Of a stretch of DNA of 32,000 nucleotides, positions 17,359-26,096 are shown one piece after another (within the stretch, counting starts at the first letter, position 1; every line of letters starts with the position of its first letter). Position numbers and translations under genes: made by a program. Below the pieces are notes generated by a model. The model worked only from the letters and a program-made list of their open reading frames with translations, made no database searches and was not told the DNA's origin. The DNA is from Pirellula staleyi DSM 6068 (GTDB lineage Bacteria; Planctomycetota; Planctomycetia; Pirellulales; Pirellulaceae). The stretch covers positions 6,150,001-6,182,000 of the forward strand of contig CP001848.1 in the NCBI GenBank assembly GCA_000025185.1. Direction: 5' to 3'.

Positions 17359-17387
17359 TTGACTTACCTAGCGCGCCCTTGTATTTT
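17359..17387 (+). promoter_or_regulatory. Sigma-70-like promoter of the arsR-SRPBCC operon
   Basis: TTGACT (17359-17364), a 17 nt spacer, then TATTTT (17382-17387), about 80 nt upstream of ATG 17467. Confidence 0.45.
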
Positions 17388-17394
17388 ACCACCT

Positions 17395-17435
17395 AGTTAA
17401 ATAACCATCTGGTTAATTAACCAGTGAGTTAAATA
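17395..17435 (+). promoter_or_regulatory. Putative ArsR operator
   Basis: A perfect 16 bp palindrome CTGGTTAATTAACCAG (17409-17424) is flanked by direct repeats AGTTAAATA (17395-17403 and 17427-17435). It lies between the predicted -10 box and the arsR start. Confidence 0.5.
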
Positions 17436-17466
17436 CCGATAGGCACTGCCAGGCCAAGGTGAAACG

Positions 17467-17841
17467 ATGCCGAGCGACACCCTCAGTTTGACGTTTGCAG
17501 CCCTTGCCGATCCAACTCGCCGGGCCATCTTGGCGCGGCTGAAGTCTGGCAAACAGTCGGTTGGCGACCTCGCGCGCCCCTTCAAAATGAGCCTCCCCGC
17601 GATCTCCAAGCATCTGAAAGTGCTCGAGAAATCGGGACTCATCACCCGCGATCACGAGGCGCAGTTTCGTCGCTGTCAGCTGCGCACCAAACCGCTCGAA
17701 CAGGTGTCGGCCTGGATCCAGTCGTATCAGCAGCACTGGGAAGAGAGCTTCGAGAGGCTGGAAATTTTTCTCACCGATGCGACGCCCCAGCCAACTGCCT
17801 CGTCCCCCAAGAAAGGAAACAAGAATGTCCGCAAAAAATAG
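17467..17841 (+). CDS. ArsR/SmtB family transcriptional regulator
   Basis: The diagnostic N-terminus is FAALADPTRRAILARLKSGKQSVGDLARPFKMSLPAISKHLKVLEKSGLI. Confidence 0.9.
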   Translation: MPSDTLSLTFAALADPTRRAILARLKSGKQSVGDLARPFKMSLPAISKHLKVLEKSGLITRDHEAQFRRCQLRTKPLEQVSAWIQSYQQHWEESFERLEIFLTDATPQPTASSPKKGNKNVRKK

Positions 17842-18325
17842 CCCTGCCAGCGGCGAAGTGCTGATCACGCGCGATTTCTCGGTCGCTTGCGATCGCCTGT
17901 TCGAAGCGTGGTCGAGCCGCGAGAATCTGGTCCGATGGTTTGCCCCTACTGGATGCGAGATCGCCTTTCGGAAATTCGATTTCACCGTTGGTGGCACCTA
18001 TCTCTCGTGCATCAGCGTGCCGGCTAATGGTTTTGAATGCTGGTGCGTGGGTACCTATCTCGAGATTGTTCCGGGGCGGCGCATCGCTTACACCATGGCG
18101 GTTGCCGACGAAGCGGGAAACATCGCCGACCCGATTGCCAAGGGAATGGACCCCGCGTGGCCGCAGCAAACGATCGTGACGATCACCTTCGAGCCGATCG
18201 CAGGCGGAACGCGTCTGACGCTGCACCAAACGGTCGATGAAGCGCTGGCCAAGAAGACGGGGGCTCATCCAAGCTGGCTGTCGATGCTCGAGAACCTGTC
18301 GGATCTAGTCGCCGCGCGAAGCTAG
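17825..18325 (+). CDS. SRPBCC superfamily protein (AHSA1/Aha1-like domain)
   Basis: ATG 17825 overlaps the arsR end by 17 nt. The pattern ITRDFSVACDRLFEAWSSRENLVRWFAP ... DFTVGGTY ... GTYLEIVPGRRIAYT ... ITFEPIAGGTRLTLHQ is typical of the family, which is a frequent arsR partner. Confidence 0.85.
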   Translation: MSAKNSPASGEVLITRDFSVACDRLFEAWSSRENLVRWFAPTGCEIAFRKFDFTVGGTYLSCISVPANGFECWCVGTYLEIVPGRRIAYTMAVADEAGNIADPIAKGMDPAWPQQTIVTITFEPIAGGTRLTLHQTVDEALAKKTGAHPSWLSMLENLSDLVAARS

Positions 18326-18475
18326 AACTGCTGGCAGGCCTGCACCACTTTCTCGCGCACACTCCCCTTCCACTTTGCCGCGCCGTAAGATGGAAGGACG
18401 TTGCAAGCGCGCTGAAGGTCGGCCCGCTCGACGCAACGAAGCGAGCAGCGCAGCCTCCACAGGATTAGCGGCGAT

Positions 18476-19348
18476 ATGGGCTATCAGGATCGCGACTACA
18501 TTCGCGATGAAACTCCGTATGGAGGTGGACTCGCCAACTTCAGCGCCACAGTGCAGCTGATGATCGTTTGTGGCGTGATCTACCTCGCGGACTTGCTCAC
18601 CACCTCGAACGGGAAGCACTACATTTCCGACACCCTGTCGGTGAACGCAACTTCGTTTCTCCATCCCCTCGAGTGGTGGAAATTCCTGACAGCAGGTTTT
18701 GTCCACAGTGCTCGTCCGTCCCACATCATTGGGAACATGATCGGGCTCTACTTTTTTGGAACCGCGATCGAAGGACGTTCCGGACGCTGGGAATTCCTCC
18801 GCTTCTACCTCCTGGCGATTGTCTTCAGCTCGATCTTTTGGTGCGTCACCGAGTACTACTTTGGAAATCCACTTTCCACCGCACGTGGAGCCTCGGGTGG
18901 TGTCACGGCAGTCGTCATTCTCTACTGCTTGCTCTACCCGCGTAGCACCATTCTGCTGATGATGTTCATCCCAATGCCTGCCTGGCTCGCCGGCATTTTG
19001 ATCATCGGCGGCGATGTGTTGCAGCTGCAAAATCAAGGGGCGAACATCGCCTTCACCGCCCACATTGGCGGCGCTCTGTTTGCGCTCGCCTACTGGTCGC
19101 TGGGGATCAATTTGGGGCGTTTTTGGCCGGTGGAGAAGGCTCGCGAGTTGCTGTCGCGGGTCACCAGTTCGCGCCGCAATTCGCCCGACCTGCGTATCCA
19201 CGATCCCGAGCAGTATTACGACGATCTTGACGCCGAGGCCGACCGCGTGCTCGAAAAACTGCACCGCGATGGCGAATCGAGCCTCTCACCGCGCGAGCGC
19301 CGCGTCCTCGAAGACTATGCCCGCCGCATGCGCCAAAAACTACGCTAG
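18476..19348 (+). CDS. Rhomboid family intramembrane serine protease
   Basis: The protein is multi-pass. It has HIIGNMIGLYFFG, the catalytic GASGGV motif and the downstream histidine in HIGGALFALAY. A cytoplasmic charged tail follows. Confidence 0.9.
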   Translation: MGYQDRDYIRDETPYGGGLANFSATVQLMIVCGVIYLADLLTTSNGKHYISDTLSVNATSFLHPLEWWKFLTAGFVHSARPSHIIGNMIGLYFFGTAIEGRSGRWEFLRFYLLAIVFSSIFWCVTEYYFGNPLSTARGASGGVTAVVILYCLLYPRSTILLMMFIPMPAWLAGILIIGGDVLQLQNQGANIAFTAHIGGALFALAYWSLGINLGRFWPVEKARELLSRVTSSRRNSPDLRIHDPEQYYDDLDAEADRVLEKLHRDGESSLSPRERRVLEDYARRMRQKLR

Positions 19349-19524
19349 GTGTCGACCAATCAAGCGCTCTCGGGCGGCTTCTCCGTTGGTATTGCTGACC
19401 TGTTTAGCAGCGCGAGAGCTCGCAGCAGGCCACACCTTTTACCGGTAGTTCTGTCGCCGCGATCCGCTCCCCAGGACTTCTCACGCACTCGCTCCAAGAC
19501 CATGCTGCTTGGAGCCCACGCACG

Positions 19525-19563
19525 AAAAAAGCTCTGGAGAGGAGGCAGGCCTCTGCAGAGCTT
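19525..19563 (-). terminator. Rho-independent terminator between convergent genes; the T tract is on the minus strand (NRDE gene)
   Basis: A 12 bp stem with one mismatch pairs gctctggagagg with cctctgcagagc. It is flanked by A6 on the plus strand, which reads as T6 after the stem on the minus strand. Confidence 0.6.
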
Positions 19564-19625
19564 CTGTTCGATAACTTCGTTCGACGAGGACGATTCCGTC
19601 GATCACCCAAGGGGGGAGCGACAAA

Positions 19626-20399
19626 TTACGCTTTAGCGCGGGTGCGCGATTCGCGGAGACCGCGGCTGAGGATGTCTCGCAGCAGTGGCGAGTAATCTTC
19701 GTAGCGTGCGGTGTCGGGAGCCGAGCTGGCGTATTGAAAAATCGCGTCGCGGGGCTTTTTGCCGAGGGCAATCAGCGTGCTGCTGACCGTTCCACGTTCC
19801 TTGCCACGCACCACCATGCCAGGCCGTTCGGGACCAGCTGGGGGACGAGCAAAGGCTTTGCTGGCCACCGCCAGGAATTTCACAGCTGAGTCGAGCGTTT
19901 GCAGTGTCAGGAGCCGGCGAGCCAGCTTCTGTCGTTCATCCTTGGGATCGTTCACATCACCATTGCTGATGATATTGAGCCCTTCGATCAGTTCCACTAC
20001 CTCAGGATCGTCACCACCATGGACCGCCCACCCCGACTCGAAGTCGGCGACGATGAAGTTCACGCCGTCATACTTGTTGCCGGAGAGTTCTTCCATGGCG
20101 ATATCGACCGCTTGTCGCGCTGAATTAGCACGGAGCATCTCGCGGCATAGAACACCACGCGAACGTGGCGATGCCGGAATGCCGAGCTTCATGCGATTGC
20201 TCGCGCCGACAAACAGTCCGTTTTGATTGACCCCCAACCACGTGCCGCCAGCTTTGGCGTCGACTCCGGAGAGGACGCGAGGCTTACCGGGTTGGATCGA
20301 GGGTACGAGCGAAGTGCGGTCGTACGCCTCTTCGCGATTGGCTGCCACAAGAATGGGAGCCTCGGAAACACTTCGATACTGAATTGCCAGAAGGCACAT
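19626..20399 (-). CDS. NRDE family protein (DUF833 / TANGO2-like)
   Basis: The start at 20399 gives MCLLAIQYR ... PILVAANREEAYDR ... AGGTWLGVNQNGLFVGASNR, including the Met-Cys N-terminus typical of the family. The part of the ORF upstream to 20639 looks non-coding. Confidence 0.8.
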   Translation of the reverse strand: MCLLAIQYRSVSEAPILVAANREEAYDRTSLVPSIQPGKPRVLSGVDAKAGGTWLGVNQNGLFVGASNRMKLGIPASPRSRGVLCREMLRANSARQAVDIAMEELSGNKYDGVNFIVADFESGWAVHGGDDPEVVELIEGLNIISNGDVNDPKDERQKLARRLLTLQTLDSAVKFLAVASKAFARPPAGPERPGMVVRGKERGTVSSTLIALGKKPRDAIFQYASSAPDTARYEDYSPLLRDILSRGLRESRTRAKA

Positions 20400-20821
20400 A
20401 AATCTATATTCTGTCGCTAGTTGCAGCCCAGCGATCTGGCTCCCAAGCCCGAGCGCCCTGGCCGTCTTTGGTTCTTTAGCAATGTATCGAAACCGGACCT
20501 GGGGGGACACCCTCTTTTGGGTGGAACTCGGGAAATATTTCACAGTTCCACTTTGCCCGTGTTCGCCCCGCTCACCAGTTTCCCTAGGCCGCAAGACCTG
20601 CGAAACTACAAACACCTCAGCGTAAACCACGCCCGCCAATCAACTTCCAGCTTGGAGCAAGCGATTTTCACCTTAGCTAGCGGTACTCCCCGAACTGCCA
20701 GCTCGCGAGGGAAAATTCTTCCCCCTACAATCAACCGCCGTTGATCCACACGCGCGACATTTGGACACCTCTGGCCCCCAATTCACCCAACCTCTCCATT
20801 TCAGTCGAGGAAGATCGCAGT

Positions 20822-21943
20822 ATGAAGGACCATTCCGACAAGCAACCGGTTCGCATCGCCATCGTCGGTGCCGGAGCGGTGAGCGACTACCACCACGTCC
20901 CTGCCATTCGGATGGACTCCCGTGCCACCTTGGTGGCTGTCTGCGATAGCAGCCAAGCGCTCCTCGATCAGCGCAAAAACGACTGGGGCTGTGAGAAGGT
21001 AACTACCGATTTCGAAGCAGTTTGCGCCGATCCCGAAGTCGATGCCGTGATCATCGCCACCCCCAACTTCACCCACCATGCGATCTCGGTGGCAGCCGCC
21101 AAGCATGGCAAGCATGTGATGTGCGAAAAGCCGCTGGGGCTCAACGCCGGTGAAGTCCGGCAGATGTACCACGCTTGCCGCGACGCCGGTGTCGTGCACA
21201 TGACGGCATTCACCTATCGTTTTGCGCCGTCGATGCGCTATCTCCGCTTTCTCGTTAAATCGGGCGCTCTGGGAGAGCCTCGTCACTTCCGCAGCCAGCG
21301 CTTTCTCGACTGGCCTGAGACGAGTTGGGGCTGGCGGCAGTACAAAAACACCGCTGGTGCCGGCGATCTGTTCGACATGACGATCCACCGCATCGATTTC
21401 GCGATCGACCTGCTGGGACCCATCAAGTCGCTGTCGGGAGCTGTGGCTCAGTTCGTCCCCCGGACGAAGTTCCCCGATGGACGCGACTGCGCCCCCTCCG
21501 AGGTCGATGACTGGTCGAGCCTGATTGGCGAGTTCGAGTCGGGTGCCGTCGGCGTTTGGGAAGGAACCACGCTCGCCAAAGGCTATGGCTTCAAAGGCTT
21601 TGGGCACGAATGGGCCGAGATCAACGGCAGCGAAGGGTCGGCCGTCTATCGCCTCCACATGCCCAATCAGCTGATGATGGGGAAGACCGGCCACGATCTG
21701 GCGCCGGTGGATGTTCCGGCCGAATTCCTCAAACCAGCTGGCTCGCCACGCGATCCAGCGGTGGGAGAACCTGCCACCGTGTTCCGCTACGATCTGGTTT
21801 ATGAGTTCGTCAGCGCGATCTGCGAGAAGCGTCAGGCGGTACCCAGCTTCTACGACGGTCTCCGCGCCCAGGTGATCGCCGACACGGTGCTGCAATCGCA
21901 CGCCGAGCGACGCTGGATCGACATCCCAGCGGAACCGCTGTAA
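20822..21943 (+). CDS. Gfo/Idh/MocA family oxidoreductase
   Basis: ATG 20822. The N-terminal Rossmann motif is VRIAIVGAGAVSDYHHVPAI, followed by ATPNFTHHAISVAAAKHGKHVMCEKP. Confidence 0.9.
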   Translation: MKDHSDKQPVRIAIVGAGAVSDYHHVPAIRMDSRATLVAVCDSSQALLDQRKNDWGCEKVTTDFEAVCADPEVDAVIIATPNFTHHAISVAAAKHGKHVMCEKPLGLNAGEVRQMYHACRDAGVVHMTAFTYRFAPSMRYLRFLVKSGALGEPRHFRSQRFLDWPETSWGWRQYKNTAGAGDLFDMTIHRIDFAIDLLGPIKSLSGAVAQFVPRTKFPDGRDCAPSEVDDWSSLIGEFESGAVGVWEGTTLAKGYGFKGFGHEWAEINGSEGSAVYRLHMPNQLMMGKTGHDLAPVDVPAEFLKPAGSPRDPAVGEPATVFRYDLVYEFVSAICEKRQAVPSFYDGLRAQVIADTVLQSHAERRWIDIPAEPL

Positions 21944-22102
21944 CGGTTCCCCGCCACCCTCGTTTCCACCGCGATCCACCTATCGCCGAACGGCTCGCGG
22001 GACGATACGATTTTCAGTGGACTAGCTTGTTTCGCGGGGAATTTGCTTCACCATTCAGAGACCGGCTCGCAAACTCCCCATTCTCTCCTCAAGATCGCCG
22101 CT

Positions 22103-23146
22103 ATGCTTCAAAGATCTGCTTCCGATGGCATGCCTCAATCGGAAGTTGCTCCGCGCAATTGGTTCTTCCCGATCACCGGCGTAGCGGTCCGCGCGATGGG
22201 TGCCTACGTCCCGCCCCGCATCGTCCCCAACGAAGAACTTTCGAGCCTCGGCTGCGATGCCGACTGGATCGTGCAGCGGACCGGCATTCACGAGCGTCGT
22301 CGCGCCGATGATGCCGTGGCTACGAGCGACCTGGGAGCGATGGCGGCTCGCGTTTGCCTCGATCGCGCGGGGATCTCGGCCCGCGATCTCGATTTGATCG
22401 TCCTCGCCACCATGACCCCCGACAGCCCGAGCCCGTCGACCGCCTGTCATGTGCAGCGACTCCTCGGCTCGAGCGCCGCATCGATGGATGTGAGCGCTGC
22501 TTGCGCGGGATTCATGTTCGCGCTCGTCACTGGCATGCAGTTTGTCAAAACGGGCGCTTCGCAGAATGTGCTCGTCGTCGGCAGCGATCTGATGACCCGC
22601 ACCGTGCACCCCAAAGATGTCAAAACCTTTCCCCTGTTCGGCGACGGAGCCGCTGCTGTCCTCCTGGGACCTGCCAGCGAATCGCAAGGCTTCTTGTCGG
22701 TCACCCTGGGATCGCAAGGTGAAGGGGCTCCGCTGCTGCAAATCCCCGCTGGCGGCAGCCGCGAACCACTCACCGCTCAAGCGATTGAAGAAGGGCGTCA
22801 ATATCTCGCGATGGATGGCCGCGCGGTCTTCAAGTGGGCAGTCCGTCAGGTTGCCGATAGTTGTCGCGAAGCAGCCGCTCGCGCCGGGGTCACCCTCGCC
22901 GACATCGATCACTTGGTGCTCCATCAAGCCAATCTGCGCATCATGGATGCCGTCGCTCGCGAACTGGGGATCCCGATGAGCAAAGTGGCGGTCAACGTCG
23001 ACCGCTATGGCAACACCAGCGCCGCGAGCATTCCGCTGGCCCTCGAAGAACTCGCCCAAAGTGGCAAACTCCAGCCTGGTCATCGCGTGCTGATGTCGGG
23101 CTTCGGCGCGGGACTCGCGTGGGGCACCGGTCTGTTCGTGTGGTAG
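22103..23146 (+). CDS. fabH: 3-oxoacyl-ACP synthase III (KAS III, FabH type)
   Basis: All three members of the catalytic triad have their expected contexts: Cys in SAACAGFMFAL, His in VLHQANLRI, and Asn in YGNTSAASIPLAL. The start is uncertain (ATG 22103 or 22130; the TTG 22043 in the track is unlikely). Confidence 0.85.
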   Translation: MLQRSASDGMPQSEVAPRNWFFPITGVAVRAMGAYVPPRIVPNEELSSLGCDADWIVQRTGIHERRRADDAVATSDLGAMAARVCLDRAGISARDLDLIVLATMTPDSPSPSTACHVQRLLGSSAASMDVSAACAGFMFALVTGMQFVKTGASQNVLVVGSDLMTRTVHPKDVKTFPLFGDGAAAVLLGPASESQGFLSVTLGSQGEGAPLLQIPAGGSREPLTAQAIEEGRQYLAMDGRAVFKWAVRQVADSCREAAARAGVTLADIDHLVLHQANLRIMDAVARELGIPMSKVAVNVDRYGNTSAASIPLALEELAQSGKLQPGHRVLMSGFGAGLAWGTGLFVW

Positions 23147-23252
23147 ATCCCACAAGATTCACGCCGATTCGAGCGCAGCAGTCTCGCTCCTGCACTACTG
23201 CGACCACTATCCCTGCACACTTCACTCCGTTCTCACTCTTTCGAAGTTAACC

Positions 23253-25055
23253 ATGAACAAGATTGTCCGCCTTCCCAAACGTAGTGATGTCAAAACGGCT
23301 GATACCTGGGACCTTTCGAGCCTCTCGGCCAACGACGAAACGTGGGAAATCGAGTTCAAGAAGATGGAGAAGATGATCTCCGGCTTTGCCAAGTTCAAAG
23401 GGAAGCTGGGAGATAGTGTGAAGCAACTGGTCGCTTGCCTGAAGTTCGATGAAGAGTTCGACCGGGTCGCCGAAAAGGTGGCTGGTTATGCTTTCCTGAA
23501 GACCACTGAAGATCAGGCCGACGCTCGCTATCAGCGGATGATTGGTCGCTATCAAAGCGTCGCCACGAAGGCCTCGGAAGCGGCGAGCTACATTCGCCCG
23601 GAAGTGATGGCCCTCTCGGAAGAGACGATCAAAAAGTATCTCGCGGCCAAAGAGATGCAGCCGTTCAAGCTCGTGCTCGAGCGCATCTTGCGCTACAAGC
23701 CCCACACGCTCAACGCGCGCGAGGAACAGATCCTCGCCATGCAAGGCGAGATGGCGCAGGTAGCCAGCAAAACGTTTCGTCAGCTGCTCGATGCCGACCT
23801 GAAGTTCGGAGTCGTGAAAAACGAAAAGGGAGAGCAGATCGAGCTCTCCAACAGCACCTTCTCGCGTCTGCTTGTCTCTCCCGAGCGATCAGTTCGCAAG
23901 AACGCTTTTCACACCTACTACAAGCAGTTCACCGCGCACGAGAACACGCTCGCTTCGACCCTCAGTGGTTCGATTCAGAAGGATGTTTATTACGCCCGCG
24001 TCCGGGGCTACAAGAGCTCGCTCGAAGCGGCCCTTTATCCCGATAACGTGCCAACCAGCGTCTACGACAACCTGATCGCCGCCGTCCACAAAAACTTGCC
24101 TGCAGTTCACGAGTACTACGACGTACGCCGCCGCAAAATGAAGCTGCGCGACATCCATCAGTACGACACCTACGTGCCGATTCTCAGCAATCTCGAAGTT
24201 AAACGGACCTGGAAGCAAGCGGTCAAACTCGTGATCGAATCGCTCGCGCCGCTGGGCGAGCAGTACTGCAGCGTCCTCGAAGCAGGACTCAATGGCCGCT
24301 GGTGCGATCGCTATCCCAATCAAGGGAAACAAAGCGGCGCGTTCTCGAGCGGCAGCTACGAGGGAATCCCCTACATCCTGATGAACTACAACCCCGATGT
24401 GTTCAACGATGTCTTCACGCTCACGCATGAAGCAGGACACTCGATGCACACGTGGCATTCGGCCAAGAAACAGCCATACACTTATTACAGCTACGTGATT
24501 TTCGTCGCGGAAGTCGCCAGCACGTTCAACGAAATGCTGCTGAGCCACCACCTGATGCAAGGTGCCAAGACCGACGAAGAGCGGGCCTATCTCGTCAACC
24601 GCGAGCTCGACGATATTCGTGGCACCCTGATTCGCCAAACGATGTTCGCCGAGTTCGAGAAGATCACCCACGGCATGGCCGAAGCGGGCGAGCCTCTCAC
24701 CGTCGAGGCGCTCAAGAGCACCTATCGCAAACTGCTCGAGCAATATTTTGGACCCGAGTTTGCCCTCGACGACGAGTTGTCGCTCGAATGCCTCCGCATT
24801 CCGCACTTCTATCGCTCGTTCTATGTCTACAAGTATGCCACCGGCATCAGCGCCGCGATCGCCTTGAGCCAGCGCGTGCTCAAGGGCGGCAAGAAGGAAC
24901 TGGCCGACTACATCACGTTCCTCAGTGGCGGATGTTCAAAAGATCCACTCGATCTTTTGCGCGACGCGGGCGTCGACATGGAAAAACCTGAGCCGGTCGA
25001 CACCGCCCTCGCCCACTTCAGCAAGCTGGTGAAAGAACTCGACGAGTTGCTTTAG
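23253..25055 (+). CDS. pepF: Oligoendopeptidase F (M3B family metallopeptidase)
   Basis: The protein is 600 aa long. It has the zinc motif HEAGHSMH and the downstream FAEVASTFNE glutamate region, and its overall length and layout fit PepF. Confidence 0.9.
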   Translation: MNKIVRLPKRSDVKTADTWDLSSLSANDETWEIEFKKMEKMISGFAKFKGKLGDSVKQLVACLKFDEEFDRVAEKVAGYAFLKTTEDQADARYQRMIGRYQSVATKASEAASYIRPEVMALSEETIKKYLAAKEMQPFKLVLERILRYKPHTLNAREEQILAMQGEMAQVASKTFRQLLDADLKFGVVKNEKGEQIELSNSTFSRLLVSPERSVRKNAFHTYYKQFTAHENTLASTLSGSIQKDVYYARVRGYKSSLEAALYPDNVPTSVYDNLIAAVHKNLPAVHEYYDVRRRKMKLRDIHQYDTYVPILSNLEVKRTWKQAVKLVIESLAPLGEQYCSVLEAGLNGRWCDRYPNQGKQSGAFSSGSYEGIPYILMNYNPDVFNDVFTLTHEAGHSMHTWHSAKKQPYTYYSYVIFVAEVASTFNEMLLSHHLMQGAKTDEERAYLVNRELDDIRGTLIRQTMFAEFEKITHGMAEAGEPLTVEALKSTYRKLLEQYFGPEFALDDELSLECLRIPHFYRSFYVYKYATGISAAIALSQRVLKGGKKELADYITFLSGGCSKDPLDLLRDAGVDMEKPEPVDTALAHFSKLVKELDELL

Positions 25056-25131
25056 GATGGGGCTAGGAATTAGAGGCTAGTTTTTGTGTGGCAGGCTCCC
25101 GACTGCCGCACGGCGAGCGTACGCCTCTGCA

Positions 25132-25839
25132 CTACCCTCGTTGGCGGACCGTTTTACGGCGGGGGGCTAGTTCATACTGCCGCGAGTTGCCGATTTTTTC
25201 GAGCTCGCGGATGGTGCCGATCCGCCGGAGCGTATAACAAATCTTCTGGGCGATGTGCCGCTTAATGCTTGCCGCCTGCGCCAGTTCGAGACTCCCAAAC
25301 TGCTTCGGCATGCTGCCAGGGAGCAGCTGAGCCAGGCACATCGCGGTCCGATACTCGGCCGTCGCATGCACTTCCAAAAGCTGCTGATCTTCGACCTGAA
25401 AATCCTTTTTGCTCCACCGCCGACGACGTCCATGCCCTTCAAAGCGGCGCTCTTCGATATCGACGAGAACCGTTTCGAGCACCAGATTTTTGTGCGGGAA
25501 AACGCGGGTGAAATAGACCAGGTCTTCAAACAACTCAAGCGCCGAGGCTTGTTTGGGGCTCAGTCGGCGGCTGATCTCAGTGCCCCCCGGCGCATCGAGC
25601 CGCACCAGCACTTTGCGGCGAACGATCGGCTTTACCACGCGCACGATATGCTTTTCGCATAGCTTGGCAATTTTATCGCGAATCGCCGAGAGCGAGCCAT
25701 GCTGCACTTCCACCAGTTCCAGCTTGCCCCGCGAGAGTGGCCGCACCGCATCGATCCGAAAGCCATCCACACGCTCTTCCGTGCGCGGCGGATCACCGGC
25801 GTAAAGCATTTTCAGCTGTTTATGGAGACTCGTTTCCAT
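25132..25839 (-). CDS. Hypothetical protein: CoiA-like PD-(D/E)xK-variant nuclease motif plus a C-terminal winged-helix-like region
   Basis: ATG is at 25839. The N-terminus is METSLHKQLKMLYAG ... EERVDGFRIDAV-x10-LVEVQHGSLSAIRDKI ... VRVVKPI, giving E ... D-x13-E-x-Q. The C-terminus, FGSLELAQAASIKRHIAQKICYTLRRIGTIRELEKIGNSRQYEL, looks like a wHTH. The family assignment is inferred. Confidence 0.55.
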   Translation of the reverse strand: METSLHKQLKMLYAGDPPRTEERVDGFRIDAVRPLSRGKLELVEVQHGSLSAIRDKIAKLCEKHIVRVVKPIVRRKVLVRLDAPGGTEISRRLSPKQASALELFEDLVYFTRVFPHKNLVLETVLVDIEERRFEGHGRRRRWSKKDFQVEDQQLLEVHATAEYRTAMCLAQLLPGSMPKQFGSLELAQAASIKRHIAQKICYTLRRIGTIRELEKIGNSRQYELAPRRKTVRQRG

Positions 25840-26096
25840 CGCGCTCGCTCAAGGTGCATCCGTGCCCGGCCCTGAAATTCCAGGCCGCGAGCTTAGCTGC
25901 TAACAACCCCTGCCAGCAATGGCAGTTCGCTAGCCGCGAGCGTTTTGCCTAGCCCGCGCGCGAGAGCAAGTTTCACTTTTTGTAGCGGCAGTTTCGTCAA
26001 TTTTCGCTAAAATTAACGGGCGTCACGCTCGCTGCTCGCCCGCGTGCGACAAGCCCTAGAACCAGCCTTCTCCTCTCTCTGGCATAGGACCGATCG

